Shown piece after piece: positions 46,593 through 55,925 of a stretch of 64,000 bases of DNA (positions are counted from its first letter, which is position 1; each line of letters opens with the position of its first letter). The notes under the pieces were generated by a model. That model did not search any database. It was not told the DNA's origin and saw only the letters and a program-made list of their open reading frames with translations. Where the stretch lies: NCBI GenBank assembly GCA_022780025.1, contig JALEXS010000031.1:2003-66002 (forward strand), read 5' to 3'. This stretch comes from Mollicutes bacterium. GTDB lineage: Bacteria > Bacillota_I > Bacilli_A > RFN20 > CAG-826. The position numbers and the translations under genes are program-made.

Positions 46593-47510
46593 TTATTTCA
46601 TACCAGCAATATTATTTTGTTTTAAGAAATATTTTTGGAACGTGATATAAACTATAATAATTGGTATTGTAATTAATATCATTCCAGCAGATCTAACGAA
46701 TCCATCAGCATAGCTTCCTAAGCCTGGATAAAATTTATACATTATTAACTGCAAAGTTTTAACTGGACTACCACTACTTTGCATAATCATTGGCCATAAA
46801 TATTCATTCCAAGTCGAAACAACAGTTAAGATAACATATGTAATAATAACAGGTTTTGACATTGGAACTATTATTCTAAAGATTTTTTTAAATTCATTAC
46901 AACCATCCATTTGTGCACTTTCAAGTACAGAATCAGGAATAGTAGACATATATTGTTTTAATAAGAATATTCCGAAAACATTAACAATTCCTGGTAAAAT
47001 AAGTCCCCATATTGAGGCATTTATTCCAAGTCTTAAAGCAATTATATAATTAGGAATCATTAATACTTCCCCTGGAACCATCATTGTTGCAAGTAATAAA
47101 TTAGCAACTATCTTTTTACCTTTAAATTCTAATTTAGTTAACGTATAAGCAACAATAATAGCTATGAATAAACTAATACAAGTAAAGCATACAGTATGGA
47201 TAATAGTATTTAATAAAGCAGTCCAAAATTCACTAACTTGAACAGCAGATATATAGTTTTTAAGTGTAAAATGTTCAGGCCAAAGATATAAAACATCTGA
47301 ATTTGGAATAGTTTCTGGTGATTGCCAAGAATCAACTATTTTTAAATAAAATGGGAATATTTGACAAAAAGCAATCAAACTTAAAAAGATATAAGCAAAT
47401 ATTTTAAAAGATAAGCTACCATTAATTCCTTTTCTTTTTTTAAATGTTCTACTAGAAATTTCGTTAGCTACATCAAAGTCAATTCTTTGAATTTTCTTAG
47501 TATTATTCAA
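46593..47510 (-). CDS. Carbohydrate ABC transporter permease (MalG-like)
   Basis: Six TM segments with the EAA loop LESAQMDGCNEFKKIFRIIVP. Confidence 0.85.
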   Translation of the reverse strand: MNNTKKIQRIDFDVANEISSRTFKKRKGINGSLSFKIFAYIFLSLIAFCQIFPFYLKIVDSWQSPETIPNSDVLYLWPEHFTLKNYISAVQVSEFWTALLNTIIHTVCFTCISLFIAIIVAYTLTKLEFKGKKIVANLLLATMMVPGEVLMIPNYIIALRLGINASIWGLILPGIVNVFGIFLLKQYMSTIPDSVLESAQMDGCNEFKKIFRIIVPMSKPVIITYVILTVVSTWNEYLWPMIMQSSGSPVKTLQLIMYKFYPGLGSYADGFVRSAGMILITIPIIIVYITFQKYFLKQNNIAGMK

Positions 47511-48432
47511 TTGACTTTACCTCCTTTCCTGAAATTAATTTTTGAATGAAAGTAAAGATTAAGATAATTAAAAATAATATAGTTGCATAAGCACATGCTC
47601 TACCAATATTTCCGTCTTTAAATGCAGTATCATAAATATATAACATTTCAGATTCAGTACCATATCCACCTTGAGTAATAAGCTGCATTGGTCCCATAAT
47701 TTTAAATCCATCAATAATTGATAAAATAAGATTTAAAACAACTGCATTTTTCATTAAAGGTAATGTTATTTTAATAAATATTTTAAAAGGTGATCTTATT
47801 TCTAATACTGCTGCTTCTTTATAAGTATCAGGAATAGAAATTAAAGATGAATAATAAATTAACATTTTTGTAGCAAAACCTAATAAAAATGGCATTATCA
47901 TTAAAGAAATTAAAGCAAAATTCTTATCAGTTAACCATTGAATAGGTTCTCCACCAAAAGCCATTACAATTTTATTAGCTAAAGATGAGTTTTGAGATCC
48001 AAATACCATCTTAGTAACATCACTTCCAACAACTCCAGATACTAAAGAAGGCCAAAATAACATTCCTAAAAATAATTTCTTACCTTTTTTAATAGAATTA
48101 ATTAAGAAAGCACATAATAAAGCCATGAAATTATTTCCAATAGTCATTACTACTGTCCAAATCAATGTGACTTTCATTGCTTCCCAGAAGTTTTTATCAA
48201 ATTTAGCTGAAGTAAATCCAAATATTCTTTGATAATTAACAAAAGTAAAACTAATCGTACCACCATTAGCTAATTTAGCTAATGTAACATTAGTAAAAGA
48301 GAATATAAAAGCAGCTATAAAAGCTATAACAAACCATAATGTCCACCAGGCCATTGGAAAAGCTAATAAGCCAGTTGCTTTTAACTCGTTTTCATGTTTA
48401 TGAATATGTCTAGTTTTTAATGAAAATTCCAT
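47503..48432 (-). CDS. Carbohydrate ABC transporter permease (MalF-like)
   Basis: TM-rich, with a degenerate EAA loop (YKEAAVLEIRSPFKIFIKITLP). Overlaps the next permease gene by 8 nt. Confidence 0.8.
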   Translation of the reverse strand: MEFSLKTRHIHKHENELKATGLLAFPMAWWTLWFVIAFIAAFIFSFTNVTLAKLANGGTISFTFVNYQRIFGFTSAKFDKNFWEAMKVTLIWTVVMTIGNNFMALLCAFLINSIKKGKKLFLGMLFWPSLVSGVVGSDVTKMVFGSQNSSLANKIVMAFGGEPIQWLTDKNFALISLMIMPFLLGFATKMLIYYSSLISIPDTYKEAAVLEIRSPFKIFIKITLPLMKNAVVLNLILSIIDGFKIMGPMQLITQGGYGTESEMLYIYDTAFKDGNIGRACAYATILFLIILIFTFIQKLISGKEVKSIE

Positions 48433-48434
48433 TT

Positions 48435-49751
48435 TTATTCATCTAAATCACTTAATTTTTCATCTAATGCTGCTTGTAATGAATATAAATATTGAGTATC
48501 TCTTTCTCCATTTATTAATCCTGTTACAAATTCAGCAGTTTGTTTTTCAATTGCTGGCCAAGCTGCACTACCTGGACGAGCAACTGCATTATTTAATTGT
48601 TCAACAAATACTTTCCATTCAGAAGTTTTATAGAAATCATCATTTAAAGCTTCTTTAGTAGTAGGCATTAAATATTGAACACTATTATGTGCTAATTGAA
48701 CTTCTTTATTAGTTGTTAAGAATTTCATAAAATCAGCAGCTAATGCATGTTTTTTTGATTTTTTAGTCATAACTAAAGAATATAAACCTAATATTGATTG
48801 ATTATCACCTTTATCTTTATTAGGCATAATTGTAGCATAATCAAAGTCGATATCTTTTCCATTATTCATTCTAGAATAATCTAAAAGTTTCCATGGACCC
48901 ATTTCAATAAAAGCAACTTTACCAGTTTCAAATTTTGATTCACTAAAAACTTTTGGTGTGTATCCGCCATCACCTAATTGTTTTATTTTCTTAGCAGCTT
49001 CAAAATTAGCTTCACTAGTTAAGGTCATTTTAGTTAAATCTTCGTTAATAATAGTTCCACCTTCTCTAGTTGTCATACCTAAATAATACATTGCACCCAT
49101 AGATTCAGCACCAGTTCCAGCAGGTACTGTAGTTAAATATAATGTATCATTTCCAGTTAATTTATTTTCTTGATTATAAGCTTTAATTTTATCACCTAAA
49201 GCAATATATTCTGTCCAATTAGTAGGTAAATCTTCATTAGTTATATCTTTATTTAAAACTTTCTTTAATAAACCTTTATTATAAACACGAGTTAAAACAT
49301 TAGCACTCATTGGCATTGCATATAAATCATTTTTATATAAATTTGGTTTATAAACAGTATCTAAGAATAAATCTTTTGTTTCATTTAATTTATAAGTAGA
49401 TAAATTTTGAATAGCGTTATCATAAGCTAATCTTTGAACGTAAACGTGATCAATATAAGCTACATCTGGGAATTCTTTACCCATTAAAGCCATATTGTAA
49501 CTTAAATAAAAATCAGGTGTACTTTGGAAAGCAATACTAATATTAACACCTTCATGCATTGATTCGTATTTAGCTTTTGCATCTTTAATGACGTTTTCAA
49601 CAGTTGGTGATCCGCCTGGCCACCATATCTTTAAAGTACCTTCAATCTTATCATCTTGAGGTCCATCACTACCCCCACTACAACTAAATAAAGCTGTTCC
49701 TGAGAGAATAAAGCTGCAAATCGCCACTATTTTTGTTAATTTTGAATTCAT
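48435..49751 (-). CDS. ABC transporter sugar-binding lipoprotein (family 1 SBP)
   Basis: Lipobox LFS|C with an AAGGAGG RBS. 438 aa with a typical SBP_bac_1 layout (LKIWWPGGSP..., ...MPTTKEAL...). Confidence 0.85.
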   Translation of the reverse strand: MNSKLTKIVAICSFILSGTALFSCSGGSDGPQDDKIEGTLKIWWPGGSPTVENVIKDAKAKYESMHEGVNISIAFQSTPDFYLSYNMALMGKEFPDVAYIDHVYVQRLAYDNAIQNLSTYKLNETKDLFLDTVYKPNLYKNDLYAMPMSANVLTRVYNKGLLKKVLNKDITNEDLPTNWTEYIALGDKIKAYNQENKLTGNDTLYLTTVPAGTGAESMGAMYYLGMTTREGGTIINEDLTKMTLTSEANFEAAKKIKQLGDGGYTPKVFSESKFETGKVAFIEMGPWKLLDYSRMNNGKDIDFDYATIMPNKDKGDNQSILGLYSLVMTKKSKKHALAADFMKFLTTNKEVQLAHNSVQYLMPTTKEALNDDFYKTSEWKVFVEQLNNAVARPGSAAWPAIEKQTAEFVTGLINGERDTQYLYSLQAALDEKLSDLDE

Positions 49752-49768
49752 ATTGCCTCCTTTTTAAC

Positions 49769-49800
49769 TATCAAAGGCTTAATAATTTAAGCCTTTGATA
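49769..49800 (-). terminator. Perfect 14-bp inverted repeat (intercistronic hairpin)
   Basis: tatcaaaggcttaa-taat-ttaagcctttgata lies between the 1105-aa lipoprotein stop (49816) and the SBP start (49751). No T-tract follows on the minus strand and the SBP RBS comes immediately after. A processing, stability or partial-termination element is more likely than a full terminator. Confidence 0.45.
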
Positions 49801-49815
49801 ATCTAATTTTAATAC

Positions 49816-52800
49816 TTATTTTTGACTAATTTGAGTAATAACACAATGTGTTGCATTGTTAGCTAAAGTAATTCTTATACTAACTTTTTTTCCAACATAT
49901 TTACTTAAATTATAAGTGAATATTTGAACATCGTCAGTATCAACATGAACTGTATCAGTATCAACACCATTTGCTTTAATTACTTCTTCATTTGTACCAT
50001 CAACTATAACTAATTTAATATCTGGATAAGTTTCACCATCTCTATGGAAAACTCTAGCACCAAAACTAAATTCATCATTATGACTTCCAATTACGAATTC
50101 TTGATGTAAATAAGTTGCTGTGCCTTTAATATCAGCACCTTCACCAACACCAGCATCAGTATCGCCTTGAATTAACCATCCACCATTTAATATTTCATCT
50201 TTATTCATCCAGCTAGTTTTATTAGTAGGATTACCAGTAAACGAAATATTTTGTATAACAGCGTGTGTTCCTGTTGTAATACCAAGTTCAACTTTAACAG
50301 TTTTACCAATATAAGCACTTAAATCATAAGAACAATATTGAGTATCATCAGTATCTACAAAGAAATAAGATTCAGTTTGTCCAATACCTTTAATAGTTTC
50401 AGTTACACCATCACTAGTAATTCTTAATTCAAATTTAGGATAAGTTTCACCATCTCTATGGAAAACTCTAGCACCAAACTTAAATATAAATGAAGAGTGT
50501 TTAATTTCTCTATTTTCTAATTTAATAGCTGACCAATTTGATCCATCAACTTTTAAATCAACACCTTCTCCAGTTCCTTCCCAATATGCTCCATCAATTG
50601 TCCATGAAACACCATTAACACCATTTAAAATTTCTTCTTTATTATTCCAAGTATTTGTTTCAACATTTGCATCTGGAGAATAAACTTTTAATGAATAAAC
50701 AGAACTAACTTCACTACCTTTAGCTTTAGCAATAATCTTATAATCACCTAAAGTAGCATCAGCACTAATTTTTACTGTAGCAATTGAGCCAATACCAGTA
50801 ACTGTGACTCCTTGTCCTTCCTTATCTACACTAAATTCAACAAATGAATTTGAAGCATCCCAAGGTTGTACAAATGCATTAAAGCTAAATTCTTTATTTC
50901 TTAAATATTCACCACTATTCTTCTTTAACATAACTGAAGTTGCAGCAATTTGATCTTTAATAAATTTAATCTTAGTGACAACACCGTGATTTCCTCTATC
51001 AATACCAATTTGTAATGTAACGGATTTGCCTATAAATTCAGATAAATCATAAGCGAAATTAACGCCATCACCTTCTTCGTTATTAACTAATACTTTATCT
51101 TCAGTAGAGCCAATAGCTTTAATAACTTTTTCAGTTTCATTTTCAATAACTTTTACCATAAATTCAGGTAAAATTTCAGTTGCTGGTCTAAATGTTCTAG
51201 CTCTAAATGTTAATATTGGAGCGTCTGCTGTAATTTTTCTATTTGTTAATTCTAAAGCAGCATAACCACTAGCACCTGCATGAATATCAGCACCTTCACC
51301 AACACCTAAATCACAATTTGTGTTTCCATCGCCAGGACCAACTATAGACCATTTGTATCCTGATACACCATATAATATATCATTCTTATTATTCCATTCA
51401 TTGACAGTTACATTGAGTTTGACTGTAATTAAATATTGAGCTTTATATTCAGGATTTGCAACGCTTTCAGCCCAAACACTATAGTTTCCTTCAGGAGTTG
51501 TCTCTGATATATTGACTTGTCCATTATTATCTATAGTAATACCTTTATTAACTGAATCTGGATCTACATAATATCTAATAGCACCATTAGTTACATTATC
51601 TGGAGTAACTTTTGCTAATAAATTAAATGAATCACCAGGTTTATGTGTACCACTATTTTTACTAATAGTAATACCAGTAGGATCTACTTGTCCTTCAAAA
51701 TTTAATTTCTTAATACTTAATTCAGCATTAGCATCTTTAGTAGGTACTCTATGTTCAAGAACCATAGCACCGTTTTTGCCTTTAATAGAATCAGCTAATT
51801 CTAATTTAATTGTTGATTCTTCATTTGGTCCACTAAATCCTTTCCAGCCACCATTATCAGTACCAGTAAGAATGTGTTTTGTACCATCTTCTAAAACAAA
51901 TAATACTCTATATTCACCTTGAGCTTTACTACCTGTTGAACCTAATTTTATATTAAATGTTTTAGCTTTTTGTGGAACTTGTAATTTAGCCCACATCATA
52001 CCAGAAGCTTTTGTTGCATCAACACCACTATTGCTATCTACTCTATTTTCAATATCAATACCATAAGGTCTAGTAGGTTCACCCATATAGAAGATTTTTT
52101 GATTACTATCAATACCTTCATCTCCTCTTCTTGAGTTAGCTTGCATCATGACTAAATTCCAATCATCATAACGCTTAAATTGAGCATCAGTAGCATGATC
52201 ACTATCTAAATCCCAAGATGATAAAGTAGAAACTTCTTTCTTATCATATTCACTTTGTAAAATACCATCATATAAAGTCTTTGCAACTTCAACTTTAACT
52301 TTAGTTTCTACATCTTTTTGAGCGTGTGACTTAATAGTTACAAGAGCTTCACCATCATTAACGATTTCATAAGTACCATCAGTTTTTAATTTAAAAACAT
52401 TTTCATTATTACTTTCAACTGTAAAAGCAGGATCAGAAGCTTCTAATGGATTAACTTGAATATTGAAATTATATAAAGTTGGCCAATATGTTAAGTTTCT
52501 AGGAGCTTGAAGTCCGCCTACAACATTACCTTTTAATAATTCTTCGCCTCTTTTAAGTTGGCTGCCACTCATATCCCAGTTGGTACCTTTAGCAGTTTTA
52601 AAGATATAATCATATTCAGTAGATTCACTCTTTAATAATCCATTAACTGCAATATCTGATACAGGTATATATGACTCAACTACGATATTAACATAATTAA
52701 CGATATTACTTTCATCAGTTGTACTAACTTTTAAAGCAACATTACCTTCAGTTTTTGCACCGAGCATTATTTTTGCAGGAGATTGAGCCGCTTCAACAGT

Positions 52801-53133
52801 TACTCCAGTTTCATTATCTAATTTAAATGCACCATTAACAATTCTACCAACTTCCCATCTAAGTGTCTTATTTGAAGCATTATTAGGTAAGACAGTAAAT
52901 GGAATTTGAAGTGTTTCTCCTTGAGCACCTTTTAAATTAAATGGCTTTTCAAGACTTCCTTCACCACTTTCATCATCAATTGATAAAATTACTTTTGTTA
53001 CTTTAGTAACTTCTACTATTGGTGGATTAGGATCTGGTTTGTCAGGCCCAGGTGTATCAGCATTTTTACATCCAAATAAGCCAAAAGATAAGGCAATAGT
53101 TGGAACAAGTAGAAGTAATCTCTTTCTTTTCAT
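49816..53133 (-). CDS. Giant surface lipoprotein: Big_2-like domains plus three copies of an about 140-aa CBM-like module (SusE/F-like glycan-binding candidate)
   Basis: Lipobox LFG|C followed by a Pro-rich linker. The three modules share W-N-K-x-E/D-IL-x-G..., GEG-x-D..., F-x-ARxF-x-R/P...YP-x-F/I and LS-x-Y/F-IGK-x-V. Examples are FGARVFHRDGETYPKFELRI, FGARVFHRDGETYPDIKLVI and FRARTFRPATEILPEFMVKV. Confidence 0.8.
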   Translation of the reverse strand: MKRKRLLLLVPTIALSFGLFGCKNADTPGPDKPDPNPPIVEVTKVTKVILSIDDESGEGSLEKPFNLKGAQGETLQIPFTVLPNNASNKTLRWEVGRIVNGAFKLDNETGVTVEAAQSPAKIMLGAKTEGNVALKVSTTDESNIVNYVNIVVESYIPVSDIAVNGLLKSESTEYDYIFKTAKGTNWDMSGSQLKRGEELLKGNVVGGLQAPRNLTYWPTLYNFNIQVNPLEASDPAFTVESNNENVFKLKTDGTYEIVNDGEALVTIKSHAQKDVETKVKVEVAKTLYDGILQSEYDKKEVSTLSSWDLDSDHATDAQFKRYDDWNLVMMQANSRRGDEGIDSNQKIFYMGEPTRPYGIDIENRVDSNSGVDATKASGMMWAKLQVPQKAKTFNIKLGSTGSKAQGEYRVLFVLEDGTKHILTGTDNGGWKGFSGPNEESTIKLELADSIKGKNGAMVLEHRVPTKDANAELSIKKLNFEGQVDPTGITISKNSGTHKPGDSFNLLAKVTPDNVTNGAIRYYVDPDSVNKGITIDNNGQVNISETTPEGNYSVWAESVANPEYKAQYLITVKLNVTVNEWNNKNDILYGVSGYKWSIVGPGDGNTNCDLGVGEGADIHAGASGYAALELTNRKITADAPILTFRARTFRPATEILPEFMVKVIENETEKVIKAIGSTEDKVLVNNEEGDGVNFAYDLSEFIGKSVTLQIGIDRGNHGVVTKIKFIKDQIAATSVMLKKNSGEYLRNKEFSFNAFVQPWDASNSFVEFSVDKEGQGVTVTGIGSIATVKISADATLGDYKIIAKAKGSEVSSVYSLKVYSPDANVETNTWNNKEEILNGVNGVSWTIDGAYWEGTGEGVDLKVDGSNWSAIKLENREIKHSSFIFKFGARVFHRDGETYPKFELRITSDGVTETIKGIGQTESYFFVDTDDTQYCSYDLSAYIGKTVKVELGITTGTHAVIQNISFTGNPTNKTSWMNKDEILNGGWLIQGDTDAGVGEGADIKGTATYLHQEFVIGSHNDEFSFGARVFHRDGETYPDIKLVIVDGTNEEVIKANGVDTDTVHVDTDDVQIFTYNLSKYVGKKVSIRITLANNATHCVITQISQK
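50024..50478. repeat. 41-nt exact direct repeat inside the 1105-aa gene (copies at 50024-50064 and 50438-50478, 414 nt apart)
   Basis: ggataagtttcaccatctctatggaaaactctagcaccaaa occurs twice. It encodes the FGARVFHRDGETYP core of modules 2 and 3, marking a recent tandem domain duplication or gene conversion. Confidence 0.9.
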
Positions 53134-53155
53134 ATTTTCTCCTTTCCTTTAAATC

Positions 53156-53196
53156 GTAAACATAATTTTTTGTCAAATTATGGTCGTTATGTTTAC
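53156..53196 (-). promoter_or_regulatory. 5'-UTR inverted repeat (10-bp arms, 21-nt spacer) upstream of the 1105-aa gene
   Basis: gtaaacataa (53156-53165) pairs with ttatgtttac (53187-53196). It lies between the putative promoter and operator and the GGAAAGGAG RBS. Confidence 0.35.
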
Positions 53197-53197
53197 T

Positions 53198-53211
53198 GAA
53201 AAACGGTTTTC
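53198..53211. promoter_or_regulatory. LacI-family-type operator candidate (GAAAAA-CG-GTTTTC)
   Basis: A 14-bp quasi-palindrome centred on CG, just downstream of the predicted -10. Its 13-mer GAAAAACGGTTTT recurs in inverted orientation at 55859-55871. Confidence 0.55.
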
Positions 53212-53220
53212 TACAAGGTC

Positions 53221-53249
53221 ATTATAATTGAAAGCGCTTCCAATAACAA
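53221..53249 (-). promoter_or_regulatory. Sigma-A-type promoter of the mannoside operon with an embedded cre site
   Basis: Read on the minus strand: -35 TTGTTA (53249-53244), a 17-nt spacer, then -10 TATAAT (53226-53221). The spacer contains TGGAAGCGCTTTCA (plus-strand TGAAAGCGCTTCCA, 53229-53242), which matches the cre consensus at 13 of 14 positions. Confidence 0.55.
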
Positions 53250-53315
53250 TACAAAATTATATTTTTTTAAAATTTATTTTTGAAAATTTATAAGCAAATA
53301 AGAAAAAATATTTAA

Positions 53316-54317
53316 TTATTTATTAGGTTTTCTAATTGAACTATGAATTCTTAATTTTGATTTAATTAAGACACAATGCATAACATCTTTTGATTCAATT
53401 TGATTTATAAGCATTTCAACAGCTTTACTACCAATTAATTTATAATCTTGTTTAGCATAAGATAATTTAGGAGTAAAAATATAATCAGTTTGAGATTTAC
53501 CTAAAGCAAATACACCAACGTCTTCTCCTACTTTTAATTTCTTTTTATTAATAGCTTTATATAATCCAGCAGCTAAAAATGAATTACATGTAATAAAAGC
53601 AACATTCTTCTCAGCTTTTTCTATTCCTAACTTATAACCTTCTTCAATAGTACCTTCTAGATCAGTAATATATTTATCACTAGGATCAATATGTTTTTCA
53701 TTACATACATCAAAGAAGCCATCTTTACGATCTTGAACAATAGTTAATTTACTATCAGCATTTAATAAATAAACTTTATCATAATTATTTAAAAGTAATT
53801 CAGTTACTTCTCTAGTTAAATTATAATTATCAACATCAATATAATCATATCTTATATTTTTACTAGGTCTACCAATAATAACGCACTCAATCGAATTATT
53901 TTGAATTTCACTCAATCTAGAGTCATCTATATTTGGTGCTAATAATATCGCTCCATCAATAGGAGCTTTTCCAAATCTAAGATTATTAATTAAGTCATTT
54001 TCATTATCGTTAGATAATAATAATATTGAATATCCCTTTTTACTTGCTTTAGATAAAGCACTTATAACTAATTCACCATAAAAGTTATGGTCTTCCATAT
54101 GTTCTTTTTTCTCAAGTAATATCGCAATAATATTAGATTTATGTTTACCAGTGGATAAAGATGATGCATAAAAATTAGGAACATAATCTAATTCCTTACA
54201 AGCTTTTAATACTCTTTCTTTTAATTCATCACTAACTAATTTTTTACCAGATAAGACATTAGAAACTGTTGATTTAGCAACACCAGCTTGTTTAGCAACA
54301 TCAATTATTTTTGTCAT
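53316..54317 (-). CDS. LacI/GalR-family transcriptional regulator
   Basis: N-terminal HTH MTKIIDVAKQAGVAKSTVSNVLSGKKLVSDELKERVLKACKELDYVPN plus a periplasmic-binding-protein-like sensor. Overlaps the upstream GxGYxYP-like gene by 17 nt. Confidence 0.9.
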   Translation of the reverse strand: MTKIIDVAKQAGVAKSTVSNVLSGKKLVSDELKERVLKACKELDYVPNFYASSLSTGKHKSNIIAILLEKKEHMEDHNFYGELVISALSKASKKGYSILLLSNDNENDLINNLRFGKAPIDGAILLAPNIDDSRLSEIQNNSIECVIIGRPSKNIRYDYIDVDNYNLTREVTELLLNNYDKVYLLNADSKLTIVQDRKDGFFDVCNEKHIDPSDKYITDLEGTIEEGYKLGIEKAEKNVAFITCNSFLAAGLYKAINKKKLKVGEDVGVFALGKSQTDYIFTPKLSYAKQDYKLIGSKAVEMLINQIESKDVMHCVLIKSKLRIHSSIRKPNK

Positions 54318-55794
54318 ACTTTTCCACCATATTTTCCTTAATTAATTCAATAAGTTCATCAGCATAAACTAATTCTATATCATCATGCAAATGACTAATA
54401 ACATAATCTAAATCATTAATAGATATTGACCAAGGATGAACATTTAATACAGTATATCCATCTTGACTATGAATATTTGGTTTCATTGAATTAATTTTAT
54501 TAATATATTCATCTAAGAATGATTTTGGGGTATTACCAGTAGTTGCATATGGACACCATAATGAATATCTAACTGATACAAATGGTTTACCATTCGAAAA
54601 TATTATTTTTCCATTACCACTACTATATCTATCAGGATCAATCTCCCAAATTCCTCCTATTATTTTATCATTTTTACTATAATATTGTAAACGTGAACTG
54701 ACAAATTCATTAGATGTAAAGGTATCTAATCCATCTAATAAACAAACAACTCTTTGATCAGATTTTTCCATTCCTTTCATTGATTTATCAATAAATTCTT
54801 TAATAAATTTATCAGGAAAACTTAAAATATTTGCATAACCAATTCCAGATACTGATGCAATAAAGTAGTCATTTTTAGGTGTATTATAAATATTTTCGAT
54901 AACTTCTTTAGAAATATTGATTAAAGAAGGTGAAATTGTCCAAGTAATTTTATAATTTAAAGGACTTTTTAATCTATTACCAAATGTTGATGTAGTTTGA
55001 AAATCTCTTTCTAACCATTGAATATTATCTCCATCTGATACAACAATAGCTAAATAATGTTTATTTTTTCTAATTTCAGTTCTTTTAGTCTTTTGTTTTA
55101 TCTTATTTTTATTAGATTCTATAAAATAACTATGATTACTACTCCAATCACTAGGAAGAGCATAATGTCCATATTTAGAAATATGTTTAATAAAACTTAT
55201 TTCATCATCATTCCATCCATAAATTGGACTAACAGGTTTAAGCCATCTTAAAATTTCTTCTCTAAAAGATAAATCTTCACTATTTTCACTAGTATAAATA
55301 CAAGCTAATCTATTTTTAATAGAATAATCTCTAAGCATTAAATGAAAATTATCTTTTTTAACTACTTGATGAACTAAAGCATTATTATTTAATTTATCTT
55401 TAACAGAATTAAATACTATTTTTTGTCTATAAGCATTACTACCTTTAAAATTATCTAAGTTATAAATAACTTTTAAATCAATAATTGATAAAACTTTATC
55501 AATTATTTTATTAGGAACTGCTAAAAAATCATATTTAGCACATAACATCGCAGCTAAATTAATTGATACATCACTAGAATCTAAGTTATAAGTAATAATA
55601 TTACTAAATTCATTTTTATATTTTATAATTAAATCATAGATACTAATTTCTTTATGTTCTTCATGAAGATAAGATAAATAATTATCAATATCTATAAATA
55701 CTTTAATATTTTTTCTATTTAAAATACCTTGAGTAAATACACAAAGAGCTTGTTCTTCTAATGAATAACTATTCCATTTAAGTAAATAAACCAT
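54301..55794 (-). CDS. Cytoplasmic GxGYxYP-like putative glycoside hydrolase (paralogue C)
   Basis: No signal peptide. Carries VVSDGDNIQWL, VSGIGYANI (54826-54846) and NVHPWSISINDLDYVISHLHDDIELVYADELIELI. Co-transcribed with the LacI gene. Confidence 0.55.
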   Translation of the reverse strand: MVYLLKWNSYSLEEQALCVFTQGILNRKNIKVFIDIDNYLSYLHEEHKEISIYDLIIKYKNEFSNIITYNLDSSDVSINLAAMLCAKYDFLAVPNKIIDKVLSIIDLKVIYNLDNFKGSNAYRQKIVFNSVKDKLNNNALVHQVVKKDNFHLMLRDYSIKNRLACIYTSENSEDLSFREEILRWLKPVSPIYGWNDDEISFIKHISKYGHYALPSDWSSNHSYFIESNKNKIKQKTKRTEIRKNKHYLAIVVSDGDNIQWLERDFQTTSTFGNRLKSPLNYKITWTISPSLINISKEVIENIYNTPKNDYFIASVSGIGYANILSFPDKFIKEFIDKSMKGMEKSDQRVVCLLDGLDTFTSNEFVSSRLQYYSKNDKIIGGIWEIDPDRYSSGNGKIIFSNGKPFVSVRYSLWCPYATTGNTPKSFLDEYINKINSMKPNIHSQDGYTVLNVHPWSISINDLDYVISHLHDDIELVYADELIELIKENMVEKYDKNN

Positions 55795-55858
55795 AAATAC
55801 TCCTAAAAATTATCACTTTTTACTATATAATACAAAAAATAAAAATATTTTAATATAA

Positions 55859-55871
55859 AAAACCGTTTTTC
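55859..55871. promoter_or_regulatory. Second copy of the operator-like 13-mer (reverse complement GAAAAACGGTTTT)
   Basis: AAAACCGTTTTTC lies in the divergent intergenic region. It abuts the predicted -35 of the GH38 promoter and is about 65 nt upstream of the ATG at 55794 (minus). Confidence 0.55.
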
Positions 55872-55900
55872 TTTACATCTTTGTATTTTTTCTGTAATAT
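55872..55900 (+). promoter_or_regulatory. Sigma-A-type promoter of the GH38 gene
   Basis: -35 TTTACA (55872-55877), a 17-nt spacer, then -10 TAATAT (55895-55900). GAGG RBS at 55914-55917 and ATG at 55926. Confidence 0.5.
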
Positions 55901-55925
55901 TAAATTAATACTTGAGGTAACAACA

